From Candidatus Uhrbacteria bacterium RIFCSPLOWO2_01_FULL_47_17 (GTDB taxonomy: Bacteria > Patescibacteriota > Patescibacteriia > UBA9934 > GWF2-40-263): 64,000 bases of DNA. The translations under genes were made by a program, and so were the position numbers. The stretch is from positions 146,698 to 210,697 of the forward strand of contig MGEI01000005.1 in NCBI GenBank assembly GCA_001791305.1, read 5' to 3'. The number at the start of each line of letters is the position of its first letter. Position 1 is the stretch's first letter. The notes under the pieces are model-generated. The model searched no databases. It worked only from the letters and a program-made list of their open reading frames with translations, and was not told the origin of the DNA. Below, piece after piece: positions 46,938 through 57,063 of the stretch.

Positions 46938-48256
46938 TGCTTCTCGTTATCGCTTTGCTCACCATCTTTACATTTCTTACCTGGCGAAATCTCGAAACAG
47001 GTATTCTTTTGTTGTGTGCGTTGCTGCCGAGCTACTTGATTCGATTTTCGATCATGGGTGTGCCGACAACGTTTCTTGAAATAATGGCATTGATTGTGAT
47101 TGGGGTGTGGGGGGTGCGTCGATGCATTACGTTGCGCACGGGCGGGTCACGACCCGCCCCTACACAAAATGATCGTATATTGAACATGGCGATCATTTTG
47201 TTGGTTATTGCCGCCACCATCGGCATTTTCATCTCACCCGATAAACTCGCGGCCGTTGGCGTTTGGAAAGCGTTTTATTTGGAACCGGTATTAATGTTTT
47301 TTGTGATTCGGGACGTCATGGGTACCCACAAAGGGCACCCCTACGAATACGCTTCGAAAATTTTTCGTGCCCTCGGCGTCAATGCTCTCCTTGTTTCGCT
47401 CTTCGGCCTCGTTCAATATTTCTTTTCGATCGGAATCCCCACCCCATGGGATCTTGAACGCCGCATCACGAGCATCTTCGACTATCCAAACGCCCTCGTG
47501 CTCTTCCTCGAACCAATCATTGTCATTTCTTGGTTTGAAATAAAAAAAGTCATCCCTGTTATGGGTGGGGTCCCCAGACCCCGCCTCACCACACTCCTGT
47601 TTTGGATTACAGTTTCAATTCTTGCAACCATCAACGTCTTCCTCGCACAGTCTGAAGCCGGAATTGCGGCACTCATCGTCACAGCTCTTTGTATCCTGGT
47701 TGCCTCGAAACGCACGCGAAAATATGCTCTCGCTTCAATCGTCATTATCAGTGCACTCGTCTTCGCGATCCCAACCTCTCGCACATATCTTGTTGAGAAA
47801 CTCACCTTCCAAGATTCATCCGAACAAGTTCGACTCTCACAATGGAAAGAAACAATCGAGCTTCTCAAGGATCACTCAATCATGGGCGTCGGTCTCTCGG
47901 GCTATCCGATCGCGCTCAAGCCGTATCACCACGATTTACAATACGAAATTTTCCAGTACCCGCATAACATCGTGTTGAACATTTGGGTTGAATTGGGACT
48001 ACTTGGACTCGTCGCGGTTGGATTGCTTGCGTTTCGATTGGGTTATATTGCGTATATGTGGGCGGGTCATGACCCGCCCCTACAGATACGGATGCAACAC
48101 ATAATGTTCTGTGCGATTTTTTTTGAAATAATTTTGCATGGCCTCGTTGATGTTCCCTATTTCAAAAACGACCTTGCGATGATGGTGTGGGTATTGATTG
48201 CGTGCATGATGGTGATGAATCGCGGATCGATATATGAACAAAAAAACCAAGGCTGA
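46934..48256 (+). CDS. O-antigen ligase / Wzy_C-family membrane protein carrying three in-frame palindromic-element insertions
   Basis: polytopic; Wzy_C-like region around 47760-47960; palindromes at 47141-47164, 47567-47582 and 48061-48084 translate as short hydrophilic inserts. Confidence 0.65.
   Translation: MMLLVIALLTIFTFLTWRNLETGILLLCALLPSYLIRFSIMGVPTTFLEIMALIVIGVWGVRRCITLRTGGSRPAPTQNDRILNMAIILLVIAATIGIFISPDKLAAVGVWKAFYLEPVLMFFVIRDVMGTHKGHPYEYASKIFRALGVNALLVSLFGLVQYFFSIGIPTPWDLERRITSIFDYPNALVLFLEPIIVISWFEIKKVIPVMGGVPRPRLTTLLFWITVSILATINVFLAQSEAGIAALIVTALCILVASKRTRKYALASIVIISALVFAIPTSRTYLVEKLTFQDSSEQVRLSQWKETIELLKDHSIMGVGLSGYPIALKPYHHDLQYEIFQYPHNIVLNIWVELGLLGLVAVGLLAFRLGYIAYMWAGHDPPLQIRMQHIMFCAIFFEIILHGLVDVPYFKNDLAMMVWVLIACMMVMNRGSIYEQKNQG
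47141..47164. repeat. palindromic element GGCGGGTCACGACCCGCCCCTACA inside the CDS
   Basis: read directly; near-identical second copy at 48061-48084 (GGCGGGTCATGACCCGCCCCTACA). Confidence 0.6.
48061..48084. repeat. palindromic element GGCGGGTCATGACCCGCCCCTACA inside the CDS
   Basis: read directly. Confidence 0.6.
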
Positions 48257-48902
48257 AGCCTCGGGCTACAAAAAATATATGTCCGTATTCAATCGATCTA
48301 TCAAAACCAATCCAACTGGCAAACCCTCTCTGGGATATTTCCCTTTGCTTCTTGGGCTTATTGTTATTGGAACCATTGGCCTCCAAATTTATAATCGCGT
48401 TCCAACTGCGCCGAGCACACCGATTTTGCTCAAAACCTCGGACATGATTCAGCTTACGCGTTTCGAAGAGATTGCGAATCGTACACAAACCCCCGTCACA
48501 CTTCCTGAAAAACTCTTTGGGAGTTCGCTGTATCTTATTGGCATTTACCCGAGCGCCGTAAAAGACTGGCCTGCAAACTCGGTGTCCTTAGTCTTTGTCA
48601 AAGACAACGCCCGCTTTGTGGAAATGGACGTCCTTCCAAACGTCTCTCTCGAAAAAGTCACACCGCAATACACAGCTTATCCACAAGAAACCATCGCAAT
48701 TGGGGATAACCAAAAAGGACTCCTTATTCATGTGCGAAGCGGCTTTGATTGCACCTCGCCGAAGCCGAACACGGTTCCGGCTATGTGTCTGATTACAAAT
48801 ATGTTGTTATTCGAAAAGAACGGAACCCTCATACAACTCTCCTCAGACGGCAATCACATCACACAAGGTGAGTTGATTGAAATGGCACGATCGATTAAAT
48901 AA
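48234..48902 (+). CDS. hypothetical membrane-anchored protein
   Basis: N-terminal TM (YFPLLLGLIVIGTIGLQIY) then a soluble domain. Confidence 0.45.
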   Translation: MNKKTKAEASGYKKYMSVFNRSIKTNPTGKPSLGYFPLLLGLIVIGTIGLQIYNRVPTAPSTPILLKTSDMIQLTRFEEIANRTQTPVTLPEKLFGSSLYLIGIYPSAVKDWPANSVSLVFVKDNARFVEMDVLPNVSLEKVTPQYTAYPQETIAIGDNQKGLLIHVRSGFDCTSPKPNTVPAMCLITNMLLFEKNGTLIQLSSDGNHITQGELIEMARSIK

Positions 48903-48940
48903 ACAAAAACACCGAAGTGTTCGGTGCAAGCAAAGAAAGG

Positions 48941-49162
48941 CTAGCCTTCGTCTTCGTCGTCGTTTGGAAAATCTTCCGAAAAAGAAAGTTCGCGTTCGGA
49001 CGGATCGTCCTCGTCCTCTTCTTCGTCTTCGTCGCCATCCGCATCTTTTTCAAGATCTTCCGGCTCATCAAACTCAGAATCAGGCTTTATGTCTCCCCCA
49101 TCTTCAAATTCGTTTTCTACCACCTCATCGTCATCTTCAAATTTGTCGCGGGTTTTCACCAT
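48941..49162 (-). CDS. small extremely acidic protein (D/E about 45%)
   Basis: ORF composition. Confidence 0.35.
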   Translation of the reverse strand: MVKTRDKFEDDDEVVENEFEDGGDIKPDSEFDEPEDLEKDADGDEDEEEDEDDPSERELSFSEDFPNDDEDEG

Positions 49163-49260
49163 GTTTTACCTCCTCATGGACGAGATACATTTAGCACAAG
49201 GAACGAAAAAGGTCAACGGGTCTAAACCAAAAACCACCGATAAAATGGTGGTTTTGTAGG

Positions 49261-49863
49261 TTAAATTTTTGACTCTTTTGAGCTTGCCAAACGCCTTGCG
49301 CGCTCTTTTGCCTCTTGAATCATGCGCGTTGCTTCCGCCGAAACGCCATTCTGCGCTTCGATTTTTTCTACACGCTCTGAAACAGCTCTGCGAATGACAT
49401 TTGGCTGACGACGAAGTTCTGTTCTGTGTGTCTCGTTGGCTCGCTTCCCTACATAACTCAGCTCACCAACTCTTGCTCTTAATCCCTCATCTCCTCGCGT
49501 GGCTTGCAGTCGAGCACGCTTCAAAAGGGCATGTTCAACATCACCAGGGATTCCTTTTGCTTTTAAATCTGCTTCCATGATTCGAGTTTTTTCTTGACCT
49601 TCATTTTTACTTTTCTTCAGATCGGCTTGTGCTTGTTCAAAAGCAGGAACGCGAACTTCTCTTTCTTGTCGACGCGCATGAGCAGATTCCTGCACAATCC
49701 TCTTTACTTCTTCACGACGTACTTGATCCGTTATTTTTGCTTTTGCCTGTTTTTCCACCTTCGCTCGATTCAAACCTCCTGGATATTCTGTGTATTCCTT
49801 CTTTGGTTGATCTTTTCCATTATCAACTTGTGGAGGGATATACTCTCGAAGTTCGCGCAACAT
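49261..49863 (-). CDS. hypothetical highly charged (K/R/E) protein
   Basis: ORF only. Confidence 0.45.
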   Translation of the reverse strand: MLRELREYIPPQVDNGKDQPKKEYTEYPGGLNRAKVEKQAKAKITDQVRREEVKRIVQESAHARRQEREVRVPAFEQAQADLKKSKNEGQEKTRIMEADLKAKGIPGDVEHALLKRARLQATRGDEGLRARVGELSYVGKRANETHRTELRRQPNVIRRAVSERVEKIEAQNGVSAEATRMIQEAKERARRLASSKESKI

Positions 49864-49875
49864 ATGATGAAATCA

Positions 49876-50082
49876 TTACTTTTTCTTCCATTCTATCTTA
49901 GAGAAGACAAATATGTACAGAATCTCGAGGATCCCAACGGTATTAATGACAAGCAACGCCACAAACCAGTACACATCTTTCTTTTGCGCGGCCTTCCAAA
50001 GGGCGACGCCTTTCCACGGAAGCGACCAGAGGGTGAGGGCGGCAATGGCCCAGACAGGCATGCCGTTCAAGAGTTGATTCAT
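49876..50082 (-). CDS. small two-TM membrane protein
   Basis: hydrophobic 68-aa ORF. Confidence 0.4.
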   Translation of the reverse strand: MNQLLNGMPVWAIAALTLWSLPWKGVALWKAAQKKDVYWFVALLVINTVGILEILYIFVFSKIEWKKK

Positions 50083-50097
50083 AAAAAATTCTACCCA

Positions 50098-51354
50098 CTA
50101 AAAAACAAACAACGCGATCCCTGCTGCAGCCATCACGACCGTGATAAAAATTCCGAGGATGTTTGAGAGTGGCTTGTTTGTATGCGCTCCCATAATCTTT
50201 TTGTTGTTCGAGATACACAAAATAAATACGAGAAGGAGTGGTGCGGCGAGTCCGTTCAAGACGGCGGTGTAATAGAGCATTTGAAATGGTGGAATACCGA
50301 TGAAGCTTACAATGAGTCCAATCAACATGGCAACAATCATGACGCCGTAAAAGCCGCGTGCATCGCGAAATTTTTTCTCAAGTCCTCCGCTCCAACCAAA
50401 TGCTTCGGACACGGCGAAGGATGCGGATCCTGCAAGAATTGGGACAGCGAGCATACCGGTTCCGACAATGCCGAGGGCAAAAAGAAGATAGGCAAAATCT
50501 CCGACAAGTGGACGCAAGGCTTGTGCTGCCTCGGTTGCGGTTTCGATCGTCACAGGACCATTCGCTCCAATAGTGGAGGCAACGGTCACCATAATGAAAA
50601 ACATGATGAGGTTTGAAAACAGCATGCCGATGCCTGTGTCGATCCACAAATCTTTAAAATCCTGCTTGCTGAGTTTTGGTTTTCCGATCCCAAATCCTAA
50701 AATCTTATTGTGTGTGATTTCCTCTTCCACTTCTTCATCTGCCTGCCAAAAAAATAAGTAAGGAGAAATAGTCGTTCCCAAAATCGCGACAAGGTTCATG
50801 ATAGAAACCTTATCGAACACCAACGAGGGGGTGAACGTCGCATGAGCAATCACGCTCCAGTCTTGTTTCACTGCAAACGCCGCAAGGACGTAGGCAAACA
50901 AAGAAAGCGTGAGGTATTTTAAAAACTTTGCGTATGCTGGATATGGAACCAACACCTGAAGCGTGAGCGAGATAACAGTCACAAGAATGAGCCAAAATAC
51001 GAACGGGAGGCCAAAAACCAGATTCATCGCCGATGCCATCGCACCAAGGTCTGCGCCAATGTTCACAATGTTTGCGCCGAGCAATAAAACGAGCGCAATC
51101 GCTAACATTTTTTTCGAATAAAATTTTCGCATCACGCCGGAGAGTCCATTTCCTGTGACGGTTCCAATACGTCCACACATTTCTTGCACAACAAGCATGA
51201 GCGGAAACGTAAAAAACGCAACCCATAAGTGGGAATATCCGAACATCGCTCCTGTTTGTGAATACGTTGCAATCCCAGATGGGTCATCATCCGCAGCACC
51301 AGTAATAAATCCCGGACCAAGACGCTGCCAAATCGATTTCTTTTTTTCTTTCAT
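50098..51354 (-). CDS. mntH: NRAMP-family divalent metal (Mn2+/Fe2+) transporter
   Basis: GPGFITGAADDDPSGIATYSQ hallmark; 11 TM. Confidence 0.85.
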   Translation of the reverse strand: MKEKKKSIWQRLGPGFITGAADDDPSGIATYSQTGAMFGYSHLWVAFFTFPLMLVVQEMCGRIGTVTGNGLSGVMRKFYSKKMLAIALVLLLGANIVNIGADLGAMASAMNLVFGLPFVFWLILVTVISLTLQVLVPYPAYAKFLKYLTLSLFAYVLAAFAVKQDWSVIAHATFTPSLVFDKVSIMNLVAILGTTISPYLFFWQADEEVEEEITHNKILGFGIGKPKLSKQDFKDLWIDTGIGMLFSNLIMFFIMVTVASTIGANGPVTIETATEAAQALRPLVGDFAYLLFALGIVGTGMLAVPILAGSASFAVSEAFGWSGGLEKKFRDARGFYGVMIVAMLIGLIVSFIGIPPFQMLYYTAVLNGLAAPLLLVFILCISNNKKIMGAHTNKPLSNILGIFITVVMAAAGIALFVF

Positions 51355-51404
51355 AACCCACACAGTATAACAAAAAATCCTCACCTATGTGAGGATCTCT
51401 TTTT

Positions 51405-52904
51405 CTAAAATCCCGGAAAGTAATCCGTCTTGATCTGTTTCTTTGGAACACCCATGGACTTTACGAGCTTCACGTAGTTCTCCACCATCATGGGAGGCCC
51501 TGAAAAATAGAATAGGCGTGTGAGATAATCTGGCGCTTCTTTCTCTATAACCTCTCGTGTGAGATACCCGCTCATGCCCGTCCATGTTGGCGACGGTTTT
51601 CCCACAACATAACTCGTGCACACGCCAATTTTGCTACACCATTCGGTAAACTCGTTTTTGTAAGCGAAGTCTGATTCTGTGTTTGCGCAATAAAACAGAT
51701 GGACATCGCGCGTTCCGCCTGTTTTCGCAAGCTCACGGATCATGCTGCGAAATGGCGTCACACCAATGCCTCCCGCGATCCAAACCATTTTTTGTGATGG
51801 ATCTTTTGGCGTGGTGAATTCGCCCGCAAGATGAGAAGCTACAAGATCATCGCCTTGTTTCAGTTCGAGCAACTGTTTTTTAAATGCGCTTGCATGCGCG
51901 CGATCGAGTCGTACACCAAGATGGACTTCCTCATCGGATGGCGCGGACGCAATCGTAAAGTAACGACGATTTCCGCGGCTGTCTGGCGTTTTAAGCGGAA
52001 GTGTCCACTCAAGGTATTGTCCGGGTTGAAAATGTAATTTTTTGTCGGGAGTAAACGCAAAGTCACACACCTGTTCTGTTTCGCACGTCATGGATTTGAA
52101 TTTCAGACGCACAACTTCACGCGGACTTGTACAAAACGCAAAGATATTTCCAAGAACAAGGGCGAGTTCAGGCGTCATGGTGATAAATCCGAAGTCGAGA
52201 AGCGATGTAAACAAGGCTCCCACAATGACGCCGAACATGATCTGCTCACGCTTTAAGGCCGGAGCGGTGCGTGGCTCTGTGAGCATGAGCATGCCAAAAA
52301 ACACGAGTGGCCAGGAAAGAAAGAGGGATAAAACAGGAATTCCCTTAAGCATTCCAACGGCGATTGCGGCAAGGGCGAACGCCCCGACTTCTTCAAATCT
52401 GCGAATTTTGCGCACGACCATGAGTCCGAGGACAAGAACAAATGGAAGAAGGGTTGGAGTCGCAATCCACCAGAGGACGCTCGTCACACCGAGAAGACCG
52501 AGGATCACAGCACTGATCGCAACCGGGTTAAACATGTGTCGACGTCCAATCGCAAACACATATTTGGATGCTTGTGCAATGATCGCCGCAAGCGCGAGCA
52601 TGCTTATGTGATACAGACTCGAAACGTTTGGATCTAAAACAAAAAACAAGAGCAAGGCGGTGATGTATACGGATTCGAAGTTCACGGCCGCACGCGTGAG
52701 CTTGCCAAACAACATGTTTGAAAAATGAGACGCGACCGTCAAAATCAAAAACGACGCGATCATGTGAACAGGCGAATACGAGATCCATCCAAGAGCCGCA
52801 AAAAGAATCGCAATACCCGCAAGCGCAAAAAGGCCATTCAACATGAGCCGGTACATGGTGATGTTGTTGAGAAAGGCGTCGAGGTGTTTGAGGAGAAAGG
52901 TCAT
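51405..52904 (-). CDS. membrane-bound oxidoreductase: polytopic N-terminal domain (possible ferric-reductase-like haem site, H..13..H) fused to an FNR-like FAD/NAD(P)-binding domain
   Basis: RRYFTIAS (RxYS FAD motif), GGIGVTPFRSM (NAD motif); ATG 52904 leaves a 30-nt gap to apbE. Confidence 0.65.
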   Translation of the reverse strand: MTFLLKHLDAFLNNITMYRLMLNGLFALAGIAILFAALGWISYSPVHMIASFLILTVASHFSNMLFGKLTRAAVNFESVYITALLLFFVLDPNVSSLYHISMLALAAIIAQASKYVFAIGRRHMFNPVAISAVILGLLGVTSVLWWIATPTLLPFVLVLGLMVVRKIRRFEEVGAFALAAIAVGMLKGIPVLSLFLSWPLVFFGMLMLTEPRTAPALKREQIMFGVIVGALFTSLLDFGFITMTPELALVLGNIFAFCTSPREVVRLKFKSMTCETEQVCDFAFTPDKKLHFQPGQYLEWTLPLKTPDSRGNRRYFTIASAPSDEEVHLGVRLDRAHASAFKKQLLELKQGDDLVASHLAGEFTTPKDPSQKMVWIAGGIGVTPFRSMIRELAKTGGTRDVHLFYCANTESDFAYKNEFTEWCSKIGVCTSYVVGKPSPTWTGMSGYLTREVIEKEAPDYLTRLFYFSGPPMMVENYVKLVKSMGVPKKQIKTDYFPGF

Positions 52905-52936
52905 AAAAGTTTGAAATGTCGGAAAGGTCTGAAATG

Positions 52937-53812
52937 TTAGGAGAAAATTTCCGCGTTGAATTTGCTCGATGCTCGCATAGTTAAATCCGCATACACAATC
53001 AAGTACTCGAATGCGAATTCTTTTTCGAGAATCTCGGGCTCGACGAAGAAAAGACATGTTGTGAGTGCGTCTGCGAGAAGCCCAGTCTTTGCAATCACCC
53101 ACACCGCCGCAATGTGACGTGGAGACTCGAGAGAATGCGGATCAAGAATATGGTGGAACTGATTCCACGCGCGGCGATTCCCCGCCGAACCGCAAATGCT
53201 CTCATTTCCAATATTCGCAACACCGATGGCCAATGTTGAGTCACACGGATGTTCAAGCCCAACGCGAATCATCGATCCGCTCGCATCTTTCTGTAGAATA
53301 TCACCGCCCGCGTTGATCGTAAACGATGTGATCCCTTGATTCTCGAGGAGCCCACCCACAATATCAACGAGGTACCCTTTCCCCGCGGCACCAACGTCGA
53401 TCAGAACGGGTTGTTTAATGGCGAGTCGAGGAAATGCGTACTCAAGCGCGTCTTCCCACTTCGGGGGCGTGCGTAATTGTTTCGTCTCGAGAGAATATGT
53501 TGCATCGTAACCTGCGTCCGATAAAAGATTTCCAATGAGTGGTGTCACAGATCCATTCGTGAGGCGATACAGTTTTTCATAAAGATCAAACAAGGGCTTT
53601 GCATCATCGGGCAATGCATATTCGCCCGTGCGCCTCGACATCTCCGCCACGAGCGAGTCATCTCGAAATCGCGAATAGTGTTTATCGTAAACCGAAATGC
53701 GATCCATCACCAATTTAAAAATATCCGATGTTTGTTCATCGGATATTTTATCGTGTATGTGAATGTTCCAGTGTGTGCCGATGGCATCGAATTCCATATG
53801 GGGAAGCACCAA
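52937..53812 (-). CDS. apbE: FAD:protein FMN transferase (ApbE family); no signal peptide evident
   Basis: GAAGKGYLVD, INAGGD, HHILDP motifs. Confidence 0.8.
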   Translation of the reverse strand: MVLPHMEFDAIGTHWNIHIHDKISDEQTSDIFKLVMDRISVYDKHYSRFRDDSLVAEMSRRTGEYALPDDAKPLFDLYEKLYRLTNGSVTPLIGNLLSDAGYDATYSLETKQLRTPPKWEDALEYAFPRLAIKQPVLIDVGAAGKGYLVDIVGGLLENQGITSFTINAGGDILQKDASGSMIRVGLEHPCDSTLAIGVANIGNESICGSAGNRRAWNQFHHILDPHSLESPRHIAAVWVIAKTGLLADALTTCLFFVEPEILEKEFAFEYLIVYADLTMRASSKFNAEIFS

Positions 53813-53945
53813 GCAACAAATTCCAAATCACAAATAAATCTCAATAACCAAAATTTCAAATTCTAAACGTTCCCGTTTGCCATTTTGAATTTAGAATTTA
53901 GTATTTGTTTGTAATTTGTTGCTTGTGATTTGGTGCTTTTTATGA

Positions 53946-54476
53946 TTATGCCTTCGCTTGTACCTTAATTTTTGCGAGTGCGTCCATAAATCCGACGGGT
54001 GTGAGGGAAGATCCAGAAACAACATCTAATTGAATATCATCCAACTTTTTTCCAACAACTTCCGCTTTTATATTTGAAATAAATCGCGCTTGCCAGTTCT
54101 TTGACGTTGGATTATTTGCATTTCCAGAAACCATGACATCGGTAACGACGTCATCTTTGAGCACAACGGTCACGAGTACAGACTCACTTCCACCAGGGGA
54201 AACGTAATTTCCCGTTGCGCTATATGTTCCGTCCTTATACGAACTTTTTTGTGTTGTGGGTGTAGCTGCAGGTGTATTTGGAGTTGGTGTAGGTTGTTCA
54301 GGGACGGGTGCTGGTTGTGTGTTTTCCGATGGGGTTGTTTGTTCTGTAACGGCGACAAGTTCTTCCTGCACCGCCTCTTCACGACGAGACATCATGAACG
54401 CGATGAGTCCACCAAGCAAGACAATGACGATGATAAGTGCGATCCATTTTTGTGTTGGATTTTTTGAATGTTCCAT
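53946..54476 (-). CDS. membrane-anchored FMN-binding-domain protein (NqrC/RnfG/PplA-like flavinylation target)
   Basis: N-terminal TM, Pro/Thr-rich linker, FMN_bind-like C-terminal domain with DVVSGSSLT (SGxS/T flavinylation-type motif). Confidence 0.6.
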   Translation of the reverse strand: MEHSKNPTQKWIALIIVIVLLGGLIAFMMSRREEAVQEELVAVTEQTTPSENTQPAPVPEQPTPTPNTPAATPTTQKSSYKDGTYSATGNYVSPGGSESVLVTVVLKDDVVTDVMVSGNANNPTSKNWQARFISNIKAEVVGKKLDDIQLDVVSGSSLTPVGFMDALAKIKVQAKA

Positions 54477-54543
54477 AGGAAAATTAAAATAAACAGTGAA
54501 CTCAGTATAACGAGCATTAGCGGCTCTCGCAAGAGATTTAAAA

Positions 54544-57060
54544 TCAAAACCCAAACTTTCGATAAAACACTCGCTTGCCGATCTCGACCATGATCAGATA
54601 AACCAGAATGATTCCCATGAGAGAAAATAGGATTGGGAGCGGAAGTGGAGAGAAGTGAAGGAATGATCCGATGGGTGTATAGGGAATGGTCCACCCAACC
54701 GCCACACACGCAAACGTACTTATGAGTAACCACTTGCTTGGTCGGCTCTGCAGAAATGGAATCTTACGTGTGCGAATGACGTGGACGACAAGAGCTTGGG
54801 TTGCAAGAGATTCGAGAAACCAACCGGTTTGAAACATGGATTGGTTGAGATGAAAAACAGAGAACAGGAGAAAAAACGTGACGAAATCAAACACGGAACT
54901 TATGAGACCAAACGTAAACATATAGTGCTTCAGCCGTTTCATGTCCCATTTCCGAGGCGTTTTGACCCAATCTGCATCCACGTTATCGGATGAAATCGTC
55001 AATTGGGAAACGTCATAAACGAAGTTGTTGAACAGAATCTGAATGGGGAGCATGGGGAGAAACGGAAGATAAAATACGGCCCCAAGAACGGAAAACATGT
55101 TCCCAAAGTTGGAAGAGAGTCCCATCATGATGTATTTCATGGTGTTACCGAAAGATCTTCGACCCTCCACAACTCCTCGCACAATAGACTCGAGACCTTT
55201 TTGGGTGAGAATGATATCCGCGGATTCTTTTGCCACATCCACCGCGGTATTGACCGAGATACCGACGTCCGCGGTTCGAAGGGAGGGCGCATCATTGATT
55301 CCATCTCCCATGTAGCCGACGACGTGCCCGCCGGATCGGAGAGCCATGATCACACGATTTTTCTCATCCGGCGTGAAACGCGCAAAGATGGTTGTCTCTT
55401 CTGCACGTGCTCGTAGCGCATCATCCGTCATGGTTGAAATGTCTTTGCCAAGCAAAATACCTTTAATCGGAAGTCCGATGTCTGTGCAAATCTTTTTTGT
55501 GACGAGTTCGTTATCGCCTGTAATGATTTTAATTTCAATGCCGTACTGCTCGAGTTCAATCAAAACGTTTTTGACGTCTTTCTTTGCCGGATCAAGAAAC
55601 GAAACAAACCCAAGAAATGTGAGATCGGATTCGTCTTCTTTTGTGTATTGTTGTTTCTTGGGAATATCCAAGCGGATTGCGACCGCAAGGACGCGATACC
55701 CATCGCCGCTCTGCGACTCGTAATACGCAAGGGCTTTCGCGGCCGCCTCGCGTGTGAGTGGGGTCGAGGTATTTCCTTGTTGGTACGACGAGCATTTTGC
55801 GATCACTTCTTCCGGCGCGCCTTTTGTGATCAAGGTTAAACCTTGTGGCCCCAAAACGGCCACACTCATAAGCTTGCGCACAAAATCAAATGGAATCTCT
55901 TCCACTTTCTCATACGCATCAATCTCTTGTTGATCAAAATCAAGAACAGCTTTGTCGAGCGGATTTTTGACGCCCGTTTGGTGGAAACTGTTGAGATGTG
56001 TGTAAAGAAGTACGCGATCATCCTTCACACCAAACGCATCCGTAAAATTCACGAGGTGAATTTTATCTTCTGTGAGCGTTCCGGTTTTGTCGGTGCACAG
56101 AACATCCATGCTTCCAAAATTCGGCATGGCGGATAATCGCTTCACAATCACACCATCTTTCGCCATGCGCTCGCTCCCGCGCGCCATGGTGACAGACAAA
56201 ATAACAGGGAGAAGCTCTGGGGTGACACCAACCGCAATCGCAACCGCAAACATGAAGGACTCGAGGATATCGCCGTGCATCAATGCCTGAACGAAAAAAA
56301 TAACCATGACAAGAAACAAGATGATTTTCGAAATAAAAAATCCAAAATGATCGATCCCGATCTCGAAGTCACTCTTTTGGTGCTTTTTTAAAAGCGTCTC
56401 GGCGATTTTTCCAAACTCCGTCTGCTTTCCCGTTGCAAACACAACCGCGCGCGCTGTCCCGCTCACGACAGACGAGCCGAGAAACAAGACGTGACTCGAG
56501 TTGTCGGTCCCAACTCCGCATGGATATTTTTCTTTTGGAAACGATTCTCCGGTGAGCGCAGATTGATTCACGAAAAAATCGTTTGCCTCAAACGCCATCG
56601 CGTCCGCAGGAATCAAATCGCCGGAACTCAAAAACAACACATCGCCAACACACAGTTCAGCGGTCTTTACTTCTTTTTTTTCTCCGGATCGAATAACGGT
56701 TGCGGTCGACGTCACTTTCTCTTTTAATTTCTTTGCGGCGTTTCCCGCACTATGTTCCTCAAAAAAGTCGAGGCATACGCTTGCAAGAATCATGATGATC
56801 ACGATAATCGAATTTGTGACTTGGCCGAAATAAAGCGAGATGACCGTTGCAGCAGACAAAATCAAAATGAGCGGGCTTTTAAAATGCGAGAGAAATTCTA
56901 AAACAATCCCAAGTTCTTTTTTGTCTGAAATCGTGTTTAATCCGTTTTTAAACAAACGACGACGAGCCTCTTCGTCTGATAGTCCATCGATTGACGATTG
57001 CAAATCCGAAAACACCTGTTCCGCAGAACATGCTGAATATGTTTCAAAAAGCTGAGACAT
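54544..57060 (-). CDS. cation-transporting P-type ATPase (P2/P3, Ca2+/Mg2+-type)
   Basis: CTDKTGTLTEDK phosphorylation motif, TGES-like, GDGINDAPSL, 10 TM. Confidence 0.85.
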   Translation of the reverse strand: MSQLFETYSACSAEQVFSDLQSSIDGLSDEEARRRLFKNGLNTISDKKELGIVLEFLSHFKSPLILILSAATVISLYFGQVTNSIIVIIMILASVCLDFFEEHSAGNAAKKLKEKVTSTATVIRSGEKKEVKTAELCVGDVLFLSSGDLIPADAMAFEANDFFVNQSALTGESFPKEKYPCGVGTDNSSHVLFLGSSVVSGTARAVVFATGKQTEFGKIAETLLKKHQKSDFEIGIDHFGFFISKIILFLVMVIFFVQALMHGDILESFMFAVAIAVGVTPELLPVILSVTMARGSERMAKDGVIVKRLSAMPNFGSMDVLCTDKTGTLTEDKIHLVNFTDAFGVKDDRVLLYTHLNSFHQTGVKNPLDKAVLDFDQQEIDAYEKVEEIPFDFVRKLMSVAVLGPQGLTLITKGAPEEVIAKCSSYQQGNTSTPLTREAAAKALAYYESQSGDGYRVLAVAIRLDIPKKQQYTKEDESDLTFLGFVSFLDPAKKDVKNVLIELEQYGIEIKIITGDNELVTKKICTDIGLPIKGILLGKDISTMTDDALRARAEETTIFARFTPDEKNRVIMALRSGGHVVGYMGDGINDAPSLRTADVGISVNTAVDVAKESADIILTQKGLESIVRGVVEGRRSFGNTMKYIMMGLSSNFGNMFSVLGAVFYLPFLPMLPIQILFNNFVYDVSQLTISSDNVDADWVKTPRKWDMKRLKHYMFTFGLISSVFDFVTFFLLFSVFHLNQSMFQTGWFLESLATQALVVHVIRTRKIPFLQSRPSKWLLISTFACVAVGWTIPYTPIGSFLHFSPLPLPILFSLMGIILVYLIMVEIGKRVFYRKFGF

Positions 57061-57063
57061 AGA

